Positions 8,299 to 17,132 of a DNA stretch of 24,000 nucleotides are shown piece after piece. The stretch spans positions 348,474 to 372,473 of the forward strand of contig NZ_RAQJ01000001.1 in NCBI RefSeq assembly GCF_003610635.1. The letters run 5' to 3'. A program made the position numbers and the translations under genes. Positions within the stretch are counted from its first letter, which is position 1. Every line of letters starts with the position of its first letter. Source of the DNA: Ichthyenterobacterium magnum (GTDB taxonomy: Bacteria > Bacteroidota > Bacteroidia > Flavobacteriales > Flavobacteriaceae). The notes under the pieces were generated by a model. It saw only the letters and a program-made list of their open reading frames with translations. It was not told the origin of the DNA and made no database searches.

Positions 8299-10524
8299 AT
8301 GTCCCAAATTAAGTATTACATAGTTGCTTTATTTATATGTTTATCATTTTCATTAACAGCACAAACCAATGCTGAGAATGATACAGATGTATTAAAAATG
8401 CGCGTTAAAAACCTTATCACTCAATCTAGTTTTGATAGTGAAAGAGGTCAGTATTTTAATGCAAAAGATAACTTAGACAAAGCCTTAGAAATAGCCATTT
8501 CTATAGAAGACAGGCAAAGCGAAGGCATCATACATACCAAAATTGCAAAACTTCAGTATGCAATTAACGAACCTGAAAAAGCTTTAGTATCTCTTACAAA
8601 AGCTTCAGAAATACAAAGAGAAATTAATGATTATGCAAATCTTGCTATTTCATATAGTATAAGAGGTGTTTTACATTCTAGTAAAAAAGAATACCAAACA
8701 GCTCTAGATTATTTTAACTCAGCAAAAACTAAATTCGAAGAAGAAAACTTAGAGGAGTTTATTTCTGAAGTTACGTTAAACGAGGCTAAAATTTACCTTG
8801 AGCAAGAAGATTATAAAACGGCTAAATCTTTATTAGAAAAGACTATTGTATTAGCAAAAAAATACAAGCAAAACAACATACATAGTAATGCGCTTATTTA
8901 TAGCGGAAAAGTATTAGAAAAACTTGATAATACAGAATTGGCACTTTCTATGACCAATGAAGGTCTAGAGATTGCAAAACAAAATAAACTTGCCGAAAAC
9001 ATTAATGAAAGCTATGTTACTTTAAGTGACATTTATCAAGAAAACGAGAATTATAAGTTAGCAAATCAGTACTTAATGAAACATATTAAGTTATCTGATT
9101 CTATATTAAATATAAAGCGCGAAAACCTTTCACCAGAACGAAGAGCAGAATACATTAATGCTTATAATGATGCTGATTATCAAAAATTAAAAACTCAGGT
9201 TGAAGAGCAAGAATCTGAAAGTAGTTTAGCTAAAATCACAACCATTTTAAGTATTGCCTTAATTACCATTTTATCCTTACTTACACTTTCGTTATATAAA
9301 AACAATAATATTAGGCTAAAGACCAACAATATGCTCCATAAAAAAAATGATGAGCTCATTGTTGCTATGGAAAAAGCAGAATTAGCTTCAAAAACTAAGG
9401 CCAACTTTTTATCAACCGTAACGCATGAGCTCAGAACACCTTTATATGCCGTTACTGGTCTTACAAACATGCTATTAGATGAAAAGCCTAAAGAAGATCA
9501 AATTCCTCATTTAAAGTCTTTAAAATTCTCTGGTGATTATTTATTGACGTTTATAAATGATATACTCCAAATTAATAAAATTGAAGCTAATAAAGTAGAA
9601 CTAGATCCAGAGCTATTTAACTTAAAAATGAAAGTTGAAAATGTAGTTTCTGCCCTTAACAATTCTGCTTTAGATAATAATATTATAACACATTTTGAGT
9701 ATCAAGAAGATTTACCAGAAACCTTCTATGGTGATAATTTAAAAATATCTCAAATACTAATAAACCTAATAGGTAACTCTATAAAATTCACTAAAGATGG
9801 TGACATTTGGGTTCGTGTTTATGGTATAGATAAAAAAGGGGATAACCATACAGTTAGATTTGAAATAGAAGATAACGGAATTGGTATTTCTAAAGAAAAA
9901 CAAGAAAATATGTTTGAGAGTTTTTCTCAAGGCTCTATACAAATTAATAGAAAGTATGGCGGAACAGGACTTGGTCTTTCTATCGTAAAAGGACTTATTG
10001 AGATCTTAAAAGGTAAAATTTATTTAAAGAGTGAGCTCGGAAAAGGAACAACTTTCTTTTTTGAAATACCACTTACCTATGCTGAAGAAACTAAAAAAAT
10101 TATTAAGGAAGATTATTCAAAAAACATCAACAAATTGGACATTAGCAACATTAAAATTTTGATTGTAGAAGACAACAAAATTAATCAAATGATTACCAAG
10201 AAAATCTTGAATAAGATGAATCTTGAATGTGATATTGTAGATAATGGAGAAGCTGCAGTAGAAAAAGTAAAAGAGAATAATTACGATGTGGTATTAATGG
10301 ATATTCACATGCCAGGAATTAGTGGTTTAGAAGCCACAAAGATCATTAGAACGTTTGATAAAGAGTTAACCATTTTTGCTTTAACAGCTGTTACTTTAGA
10401 AGACAAAATGCATGAGTTTGACGAAGCTGGTTTTGATGATATTATCTCTAAGCCTTTTAAACAAGATGATTTCGAAAAGAAATTATACCAAGCACTTGTA
10501 CAAAACACAACGGCTTCTGTTTAA
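8299..10524 (+). CDS. Hybrid sensor histidine kinase/response regulator with an N-terminal TPR-repeat sensor region
   Basis: A signal peptide starts at ATG 8299 (MSQIKYYIVALFICLSFSLTAQ). It is followed by TPR-like repeats and a TM helix (ITTILSIALITILSLLTLSLY). Then come the HisKA H-box (FLSTVTHELRTPL), HATPase (GGTGLGLSIVKGL) and a C-terminal receiver (ILIVEDNKINQ...VLMDIHMPGISG...KPF). Confidence 0.9.
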   Translation: MSQIKYYIVALFICLSFSLTAQTNAENDTDVLKMRVKNLITQSSFDSERGQYFNAKDNLDKALEIAISIEDRQSEGIIHTKIAKLQYAINEPEKALVSLTKASEIQREINDYANLAISYSIRGVLHSSKKEYQTALDYFNSAKTKFEEENLEEFISEVTLNEAKIYLEQEDYKTAKSLLEKTIVLAKKYKQNNIHSNALIYSGKVLEKLDNTELALSMTNEGLEIAKQNKLAENINESYVTLSDIYQENENYKLANQYLMKHIKLSDSILNIKRENLSPERRAEYINAYNDADYQKLKTQVEEQESESSLAKITTILSIALITILSLLTLSLYKNNNIRLKTNNMLHKKNDELIVAMEKAELASKTKANFLSTVTHELRTPLYAVTGLTNMLLDEKPKEDQIPHLKSLKFSGDYLLTFINDILQINKIEANKVELDPELFNLKMKVENVVSALNNSALDNNIITHFEYQEDLPETFYGDNLKISQILINLIGNSIKFTKDGDIWVRVYGIDKKGDNHTVRFEIEDNGIGISKEKQENMFESFSQGSIQINRKYGGTGLGLSIVKGLIEILKGKIYLKSELGKGTTFFFEIPLTYAEETKKIIKEDYSKNINKLDISNIKILIVEDNKINQMITKKILNKMNLECDIVDNGEAAVEKVKENNYDVVLMDIHMPGISGLEATKIIRTFDKELTIFALTAVTLEDKMHEFDEAGFDDIISKPFKQDDFEKKLYQALVQNTTASV

Positions 10525-11531
10525 AAATTATGTACAAACTTTTTTACTAGTTTAATTAATGCTGTTGAGTCATCAATAGCAGTTTCAATAGGTAGATAAA
10601 ATAATTTTTCTGATACCTTAAAATGAGGCTTTAACCTCATATAATCCTTTTCTGTTGTTATAACAAGTTCCTTTTGCTTTAAGTTTTCTATCTCATGTTG
10701 AGAAAAATTATGATGGTCTTTAAAACTTAAATGTTCAAAACTTAATCCATTCAATTTTAAATACTCTACTAAAGGCTTTGGATTTGCAATTCCTGTTACC
10801 AATGTAAATGATTTGTCTTTCAAGCTCTTTAAATCTATTGCTTTCTTAGCTCCAAAAACCTTTTCTGAATAAGAAATATAACTAAAAAATAAGCGTTGAT
10901 GCGAAGCTAATTTTAAAGCCTTTTTAATAGCTTCTTTTTTATTAGCGTCTAATTGTTCTGGACATTTAGTAACTATAATGACATCTGCTCTTTTAGCTCC
11001 AGATCTTGGCTCTCTCAAATTTCCGGTAGGTAATACAATATCATTTACGTATAAATTATCATATGCCGTTAATAAAATATTAAAACCTGCTTTCACCTTT
11101 CTGTGCTGATAAGCATCATCTAACAAAATAACTTGAGTCTTATCTTTTAAAGCTAATAATTGCTGTATCCCATTTTGCCTATTAGCATCTACACTAACAA
11201 GTACATCATCAAACTTTTTATAAAATTGAAATGGCTCATCGCCAACTGTTGATGCACTTGCATTAACATCTGCAATTACAAAGCCTTCACTTTTTCGTTT
11301 ATAACCTCTACTAAGCGTAGCAATTTTATATTCAGGTTTTAATGCTCTAATAAGGTACTCAATCATAGGTGTTTTTCCAGTACCTCCAACACTTAAATTA
11401 CCAACACAAATAATTGGTAAATCAAATTTAGAACTAGGTTTAACACCTAAATCATAAGCTTTATTTCTTAACCAAGTAACCAAATAATAAATAGGTACAA
11501 CAGGAAATAGAATGTATCTCAAAAATTTCAT
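10521..11531 (-). CDS. lpxK: Tetraacyldisaccharide 4'-kinase (lipid A biosynthesis)
   Basis: 336 aa with an N-terminal membrane anchor and P-loop GNLSVGGTGKTP. The layout is typical of LpxK. Its stop overlaps the kinase stop on the opposite strand (TTAA at 10521-10524). Confidence 0.9.
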   Translation of the reverse strand: MKFLRYILFPVVPIYYLVTWLRNKAYDLGVKPSSKFDLPIICVGNLSVGGTGKTPMIEYLIRALKPEYKIATLSRGYKRKSEGFVIADVNASASTVGDEPFQFYKKFDDVLVSVDANRQNGIQQLLALKDKTQVILLDDAYQHRKVKAGFNILLTAYDNLYVNDIVLPTGNLREPRSGAKRADVIIVTKCPEQLDANKKEAIKKALKLASHQRLFFSYISYSEKVFGAKKAIDLKSLKDKSFTLVTGIANPKPLVEYLKLNGLSFEHLSFKDHHNFSQHEIENLKQKELVITTEKDYMRLKPHFKVSEKLFYLPIETAIDDSTALIKLVKKFVHNF

Positions 11532-11552
11532 CTCAACGAAAGTATAATATTT

Positions 11553-11560
11553 TATCTTTG
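11553..11560 (+). promoter_or_regulatory. Candidate -7 promoter box (TAnnTTTG) for the Nif3 / DUF164 pair
   Basis: Exact TATCTTTG, 17 nt upstream of ATG 11577, within the 45-nt divergent spacer shared with lpxK. Confidence 0.4.
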
Positions 11561-11576
11561 AAACAAATTCATAATT

Positions 11577-12671
11577 ATGATTGTAAAAGATGTTATTAAT
11601 TATTTAGAAGAATTAGCGCCTTTAAATTATGCCGAAGATTTTGATAATGTTGGTTTGCTAGTCGGTGATAAATCCACTAAAATAACAGGTATTCTTGTAA
11701 CTTTAGACACGCTTGAAGCTGTTGTAGATGAAGCTATTAAAAACAATTGCAATCTAATTGTAAGTTTTCACCCAATAATTTTTAAAGGCTTAAAAAAGTT
11801 AAACGGAAAAACATATGTAGAACGTGTTGTTATAAAAGCTATACAAAATAACATAGCAATTTATGCAATGCATACCGCTTTAGATAATGCATTACAAGGT
11901 GTAAATGATATTATATGCAATACGCTAGGCTTAACAAATAAAAAAATACTACTTCCTCAAAAAGGAACTATAAAAAAGCTCACAACTTACGTCCCAAAAA
12001 ATAATGCTCAACAATTAAGAGCGGCCTTATTTAAAAGTGGCGCTGGAGAAATTGGCAATTATGCAAATTGTAGCTTTAATACAGATGGTTTAGGTACATA
12101 TATGGGCAACTCTAACTCAAATCCTACACTTGGCGAAAGAGATAAACTACACACCGAAGAGGAAACCCAAATTTCTGTTACCTTTAAAAAACATTTAGAA
12201 ACTAAGGTTTTAAATACACTTTTTGAAAATCACCCTTATGAAGAAGTCGCTTTTGAAGTTACAACGCTTGATAACTACAATCAAACCATAGGAATGGGAA
12301 TGATTGGAGAACTAGAAAAAGAGGTGAAAGCAGAAGATTTCTTAAATTTTGTGAAAAATAAAATGAAATCTTCTAGTATAAGACATTCAAAACTCATAAA
12401 TAAACCAATTAAAAAAGTTGCTGTACTTGGAGGTTCTGGGAGTTTTGCTATTCAAGCTGCAAAGGCTGCCAATGCTGATGTTTTTATAACTTCAGATTTA
12501 AAATATCATGACTTTTTTATGGCAGAAGACACTATTATTTTAGCAGATATTGGGCATTATGAAAGCGAACAGTACACAAAAACGTTTTTAGCTGATTATC
12601 TCTCAAAAAAAATCACTAATTTTGCAGTCGTTTTATCAATGACAAATACCAATCCAGTAAAGTATTTTTAA
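11577..12671 (+). CDS. Nif3-like dinuclear metal centre protein (long form with an inserted domain)
   Basis: 364 aa with NIF3-family motifs (SFHPIIFKG, AMHTALD, C-terminal IGHYESEQ). The ~110-aa central insertion is typical of the long YqfO-type forms. Confidence 0.85.
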   Translation: MIVKDVINYLEELAPLNYAEDFDNVGLLVGDKSTKITGILVTLDTLEAVVDEAIKNNCNLIVSFHPIIFKGLKKLNGKTYVERVVIKAIQNNIAIYAMHTALDNALQGVNDIICNTLGLTNKKILLPQKGTIKKLTTYVPKNNAQQLRAALFKSGAGEIGNYANCSFNTDGLGTYMGNSNSNPTLGERDKLHTEEETQISVTFKKHLETKVLNTLFENHPYEEVAFEVTTLDNYNQTIGMGMIGELEKEVKAEDFLNFVKNKMKSSSIRHSKLINKPIKKVAVLGGSGSFAIQAAKAANADVFITSDLKYHDFFMAEDTIILADIGHYESEQYTKTFLADYLSKKITNFAVVLSMTNTNPVKYF

Positions 12672-12673
12672 TT

Positions 12674-13453
12674 ATGGCAAAAAAAGTTGAAATTTCTGTT
12701 GAAGATCGTTTAAGAGCATTATACGATTTACAATTAATTGATTCTAGAATCGATGAAATTAGAAACGTAAGAGGAGAACTTCCTTTAGAGGTTCAAGATT
12801 TAGAAGATGAAGTAGAAGGTCTTAATACTAGACTTGAAAAGCTAGGTACTAGCCTTGATTTGGTTGATGAAGACATCAAATCAAAAAAGAATTTAATTGA
12901 AGAAGCTAAAGCTTTAATAAAAAAATATTCTGAACAACAAAAGAACGTTAGAAATAACAGAGAATTTAATTCTTTAACTAAAGAAGTTGAATTTCAAGAA
13001 TTAGAAATTCAATTAGCAGAAAAGCATATTAAAGAATTTAAAGTTCAAATTGAGCAGAAAAAAGAAGTTATTTCTGAAACTAAAGACAGACTTAAAGATC
13101 GCACAACGCATTTAAAACATAAGCGTAGCGAATTAGATGCAATTTTAGCTGAAACTCAAAAAGAAGAAGAAGCTTTAATCAAAAAATCTGATGATTACCA
13201 AAAACAGATTGAAGACAGACTAGTAAAAGCATATTTAAGAATTCGTAATAATGTAAAAAACGGACTTGCAGTAGTAGCTATTGAAAGAGGCGCTTCTGGA
13301 GGATCGTTCTTTACAATTCCGCCACAAGTTCAAGTTGAGATTGCTTCGCGTAAAAAAGTAATTACAGATGAGCATAGTGGACGTATTTTAGTTGATGCCG
13401 TATTAGCTGAAGAACAAAAAGCAAAAATGGAAAAAATGTTTGCTAAACTATAA
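12674..13453 (+). CDS. DUF164/COG1579-family coiled-coil protein (zinc-ribbon family member, Cys-less here)
   Basis: Begins 2 nt after Nif3, which is the classic conserved pairing. It has a long heptad-rich coiled coil. The C-terminal segment ...GGSFFTIPPQ...DEHSGRILV matches the ribbon region of the family but contains no cysteines. Confidence 0.8.
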   Translation: MAKKVEISVEDRLRALYDLQLIDSRIDEIRNVRGELPLEVQDLEDEVEGLNTRLEKLGTSLDLVDEDIKSKKNLIEEAKALIKKYSEQQKNVRNNREFNSLTKEVEFQELEIQLAEKHIKEFKVQIEQKKEVISETKDRLKDRTTHLKHKRSELDAILAETQKEEEALIKKSDDYQKQIEDRLVKAYLRIRNNVKNGLAVVAIERGASGGSFFTIPPQVQVEIASRKKVITDEHSGRILVDAVLAEEQKAKMEKMFAKL

Positions 13454-13475
13454 ACAACCATTTTACAGATATAGT

Positions 13476-13505
13476 AAAGCCTTCTATTTTAGAAGGCTTT
13501 TTTTT
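13476..13505 (+). terminator. Rho-independent terminator
   Basis: 11-bp stem aaagccttcta (13476-13486) / tagaaggcttt (13490-13500) with a 3-nt loop, followed by a T-run. Confidence 0.85.
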
Positions 13506-13583
13506 GCTTCTTATTATAAAAACAAATTAATCTGTTAAGGTTTTACCTTTTAATACGTCTATTTAGTTATAAAATTTTTAGAA

Positions 13584-14240
13584 ATGAAGCATTTACTCCC
13601 AATTATACTAATTACGTTATTATTTAGCTGTCAAAACACAGCACAAGTTAACTCAAAGCAACAGGCTATTATTGATGCCGAGCCTGTAATTGTACCATTA
13701 AAAGACGGAAAAGCTAGAGCGTATTTTGCTAGTGGTTGTTTTTGGTGTGTAGAAGCTATTTATGAAAGCGTAAAAGGTGTAGAAGAATCAATATCTGGAT
13801 ATTCTGGAGGATATTCAAACAATCCAACTTATGAGTCTAGTAATACAGGTAGAACAGGACATGCTGAAGCTGTAGAAATTATTTACGATCCAAATATTGT
13901 AAGCTTTGCTACATTAGTAGACGTCTATTTTGGTTCACAAAATGTAACACAAGTAAATGGTCAAGGTAATGATAGAGGCTCACAATATCGTTCTATTATT
14001 TTTTATCAAAACGACGAACAAAAACAAATTATACTAGAAAAAAAGGAAGCTTTGGCTAAAAAGCTAAATGTAAAAGTTGCTGCCGAAGTTTATCCGTTTC
14101 AAAAATTCTGGGTAGCCGAAGATTACCATCAAGACTACGAGCGTTTACACCCAAATCATCCTTATATTCAAAACGTTTCTGTTCCTAGGCTAAACAGATT
14201 CAAAAAGAAATTCCCAGAGTTAATCAAAAGAAGCCACTAA
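13584..14240 (+). CDS. msrA: Peptide-methionine (S)-S-oxide reductase, exported/lipoprotein form
   Basis: Active-site motif GCFWCVEA plus the conserved GHAEAV and DYHQDY. The N-terminal signal has a lipobox-like LLFSC. Confidence 0.9.
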   Translation: MKHLLPIILITLLFSCQNTAQVNSKQQAIIDAEPVIVPLKDGKARAYFASGCFWCVEAIYESVKGVEESISGYSGGYSNNPTYESSNTGRTGHAEAVEIIYDPNIVSFATLVDVYFGSQNVTQVNGQGNDRGSQYRSIIFYQNDEQKQIILEKKEALAKKLNVKVAAEVYPFQKFWVAEDYHQDYERLHPNHPYIQNVSVPRLNRFKKKFPELIKRSH

Positions 14241-15040
14241 AGTTTAGTTGCTTTTAACTCAAAAAGTAAAGGATAAAGACCATCTTTAGTTTTATACATC
14301 CCAGATTTTGTTTTAATTAAATCTGGTAGTACATCATACGGACTTTCGTCATGTTCATTTAAAAAATCAATTCGTAATCCTGCCTCAGTTAGTGCTGTTA
14401 CTACTTCGCCTAAACCATGATTCCATCCATATTCTTTACTAATCATTTTTGAGTTTTGGTCTGCATAAGTCCCTTCGTACTCTTCATAAATTACTTCATC
14501 TTGATTGTATCCATATTTTAGTTCAGACTTCCCATTGGTATAATCAAACATCCACACAATTGGGTGAAATTCTACCATATAAAATTCGCCTCCTTTTTGT
14601 AATCGTTCAGCAATCATATTAGCCCAAGGTGTTAAATCTGGTAACCAACCAATAACACCATAGCTTGTAAATACAATATCAAATGTTTCTTGAATATATT
14701 TTGAAGTCTCTAATACATTACAACAAAAAAATCCTGCATCAAGTTGCAATTCATTATTTAATGTTTTTGCTATTTCAATAGCTTCATCACTAATATCAAC
14801 ACCAACACACTTAGCTCCTAACCTGCTCCAACTTAACGTATCTTGACCAAAATGACATTGCAAATGCAATAATGATTTTCCAGAAACATCTCTAAGCGCA
14901 TTCAATTCGTAAGGCATTAATGACGTTTTTCCTTTTTTAAAAGCATCTAGATTATAAAATTCACTTGCAGAATGCACTTTTGCTTTCTCGTTCCAAGTTG
15001 CTTTATTAACCTCAAAAAAATCGTCTTCTTTATTCATCAT
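14237..15040 (-). CDS. Class I SAM-dependent methyltransferase
   Basis: SAM-binding fold (LLHLQCHFGQDTLSWSRLGAKCVGVDISDEAI). I prefer ATG 15040 (MMNKEDDFF...) over the ORF-track TTG at 15061. The 3' end overlaps msrA by 4 nt in a convergent arrangement. Confidence 0.8.
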   Translation of the reverse strand: MMNKEDDFFEVNKATWNEKAKVHSASEFYNLDAFKKGKTSLMPYELNALRDVSGKSLLHLQCHFGQDTLSWSRLGAKCVGVDISDEAIEIAKTLNNELQLDAGFFCCNVLETSKYIQETFDIVFTSYGVIGWLPDLTPWANMIAERLQKGGEFYMVEFHPIVWMFDYTNGKSELKYGYNQDEVIYEEYEGTYADQNSKMISKEYGWNHGLGEVVTALTEAGLRIDFLNEHDESPYDVLPDLIKTKSGMYKTKDGLYPLLFELKATKL

Positions 15041-15186
15041 CTTATTATAACTATTAAGCAATATAGTATTTAATATTATTTGGCATAAAATTTGAATTAC
15101 ATTTTGTAATTATAACAAGGTTATTACGACTTAAATCGTATCTATTTTAAACAGCGTTTTTTCCGCATTATGCGTCTATATATATT

Positions 15187-15218
15187 AAAAGTGCTTCAAT
15201 GAATTTTGAAGCACTTTT
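15187..15218 (-). terminator. Rho-independent terminator downstream of the Fe-S protein gene
   Basis: 13-bp stem aaaagtgcttcaa (15187-15199) / ttgaagcactttt (15206-15218). The stem arms themselves are T/A-rich at the ends, so it reads as a hairpin plus U tract on either strand. Confidence 0.7.
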
Positions 15219-15242
15219 TCCTTTTTATCAATAAATTATAGA

Positions 15243-15662
15243 TTACCCTTTAAACTCAGCTTTTATATGTGTACCATCACAATAAGGCTTGTTATTTGAT
15301 GAACCACATCTGCAAAAAGCAGTCGTTTTATTTTTGGTTTCCACATTACCATGTTTATCTGTTACTTTAAGCGTACCATAAACTAGTAAAGGGCCATTTT
15401 CTAAAACCTCAACTTTTGTTTTAAGTGTTTCGGCAGTATTGTCACCTTCGGCATTCATGTAATAGCGTAAAGCTCCAGAAGGACATTGCTTCACTTGATT
15501 AATAATTGTTGTGGTATTAGCAGCATCAATTTTAACCCAAGGTCGTTCTCTAGGCTGAAAAACTTCAGGCAAACCTTTTGCACAAATAGCAGAATGAATA
15601 CACTTTTCAGCTTCCCAAACTACTGTGGTTTCTCCATTACTATATTCTCTTATTTTTCCCAT
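15243..15662 (-). CDS. Fusion of a divergent 4Fe-4S mono-cluster domain with a CDGSH iron-sulfur domain
   Basis: The N-terminal half has CIHSAIC...QCPSGAL (Fer4_19-like pattern). The C-terminal half has CRCGSSNNKPYCDGTH (CDGSH motif). Confidence 0.8.
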   Translation of the reverse strand: MGKIREYSNGETTVVWEAEKCIHSAICAKGLPEVFQPRERPWVKIDAANTTTIINQVKQCPSGALRYYMNAEGDNTAETLKTKVEVLENGPLLVYGTLKVTDKHGNVETKNKTTAFCRCGSSNNKPYCDGTHIKAEFKG

Positions 15663-15749
15663 AACTAGATTATTTCTTTTAAAGATACAAAAAAAAGAAA
15701 AAGACTAATTATCTCTTTTTTTACACTTCATTCCTAACGTATTAATTCC

Positions 15750-15757
15750 TATTTTTG
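15750..15757 (+). promoter_or_regulatory. Candidate -7 promoter box (TAnnTTTG) for the kynurenine cluster
   Basis: TATTTTTG sits at the end of the 92-nt divergent spacer and overlaps the ORF-track TTG start of kynU. Confidence 0.4.
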
Positions 15758-17050
15758 TTGGAAACCGAAAATCAATTCACTTTGTCCAACTATCAATCTG
15801 GTCTTGAATACGCAAAGCAACAAGACGCTTTAGACGAATTATCAAGCTATAGAAACCAATTTCATATTCCAAAAGACAAATATGGAAATGAACTTATTTA
15901 CCTCTGCGGAAACTCGCTTGGATTACAACCAAAAACCACTAAAGCATATATTAATCAAGAACTTGAAGATTGGGCTAATTTAGGTGTAGAAGGTCACACA
16001 GATGCAAAAAACCCATGGTTACCATATCATGAGTTTTTAGCAGAAAGCACAGCAAAATTAGTTGGCGCAAAACCAATTGAAGTCGTTACAATGAACTCGC
16101 TTACTGCAAATTTACATTTTATGATGGCTTCGTTTTACAAGCCTACTAAATCACGTTACAAAATTGTTATTGAAAGTGACGCATTTCCTTCAGATAAATA
16201 TGCTGTAGAATCACAACTACGTCATCATGGTTATGATGATAAAGAAGGTTTAATACTTTGGACACCTCGAAAAGGCGAAGAGTTATTACGTTATGAAGAT
16301 TTAGAAACAATTTTAGAACAACAAGGTGAGCAAATTGCATTAGTAATGATTGGTGGTGTAAACTACTATACAGGACAGTTTTTCGATTTTAAACGTATTA
16401 CAAAACTAGGTCACAAACATGGCTGCATGGTTGGTTTTGATTGTGCCCATGGCGCAGGAAATGTTGATTTAGATTTACATAACTCTGGAGCAGATTTTGC
16501 CGTTTGGTGTACTTACAAATATTTAAACTCTGGCCCAGGAAGTTTATCTGGATGTTTTGTACATGAACGCCATGCTTACGATAAAACCTTAAACCGATTT
16601 ACAGGTTGGTGGAGTCATAATAAAGAAACGCGTTTTAATATGCGTCACGAATTTGATGTATTGCCAGGTGCAGAAGGATGGCAGTTAAGTAATCCGCCTA
16701 TTTTATCTATGGCAGCAATTAAAGCGTCGTTAGATATGTTTAACAAAGTAGGTATTAAAAAACTTAATAAAAAGTCTAAAAAACTTACAGGTTATTTTGA
16801 GTTCTTATTAAAACAATTAGGTGAAGATACTATTAAAATTATTACTCCAGAAAACCCAGATGAACGTGGTTGTCAATTATCTATTCAAGTATTAAACGCA
16901 GACAAATCATTACATAATAAATTAACAGAAGCAGGTGTAATTAGTGATTGGCGAGAGCCAGATGTGATTCGCTGTGCTCCAGTACCTTTATATAATTCGT
17001 TTGAAGATGTATACCAGATGGTTGAAAAAATGAAAAAAATATTAAATTAA
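15755..17050 (+). CDS. kynU: Kynureninase (PLP-dependent)
   Basis: The N-terminal YRNQFHIP...IYLCGNSLGLQPK and the PLP-lysine region WCTYKYLNSGPG are characteristic of kynureninase. No ATG start is available: TTG 15755 is the ORF-track start and in-frame TTG 15782 is the alternative. Confidence 0.9.
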   Translation: MLETENQFTLSNYQSGLEYAKQQDALDELSSYRNQFHIPKDKYGNELIYLCGNSLGLQPKTTKAYINQELEDWANLGVEGHTDAKNPWLPYHEFLAESTAKLVGAKPIEVVTMNSLTANLHFMMASFYKPTKSRYKIVIESDAFPSDKYAVESQLRHHGYDDKEGLILWTPRKGEELLRYEDLETILEQQGEQIALVMIGGVNYYTGQFFDFKRITKLGHKHGCMVGFDCAHGAGNVDLDLHNSGADFAVWCTYKYLNSGPGSLSGCFVHERHAYDKTLNRFTGWWSHNKETRFNMRHEFDVLPGAEGWQLSNPPILSMAAIKASLDMFNKVGIKKLNKKSKKLTGYFEFLLKQLGEDTIKIITPENPDERGCQLSIQVLNADKSLHNKLTEAGVISDWREPDVIRCAPVPLYNSFEDVYQMVEKMKKILN

Positions 17051-17051
17051 C

Positions 17052-17132
17052 ATGTCATTCCGCACTTGATGCGGAATCCACTATAAATTGAAGTTTAATT
17101 AATTAAGATTCCTGCTTTCGCAGGAATGACAT
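17052..17132 (+). repeat. Paired-hairpin intergenic element, copy A (10-bp terminal inverted repeat ATGTCATTCC / GGAATGACAT)
   Basis: Left hairpin attccgca-cttga-tgcggaat (17057-17077). Right hairpin attcctgc-tttc-gcaggaat (17108-17127). The core 17053-17131 is 67/79 identical by hand alignment to 22426-22504. The element fills the kynU-kmo spacer exactly, from 1 nt after the stop to the nt before the ATG. Confidence 0.9.

Noticed and set aside
9195-10508. Two minus-strand ORFs (9195..9470 and 10305..10508)
   Set aside because: Both are antisense within the hybrid histidine kinase, which has complete HisKA/HATPase/REC motifs on the + strand.
15486-15668. 60-aa + strand ORF
   Set aside because: It is antisense to the Fer4_19-CDGSH gene, whose Cys motifs support the minus-strand reading.
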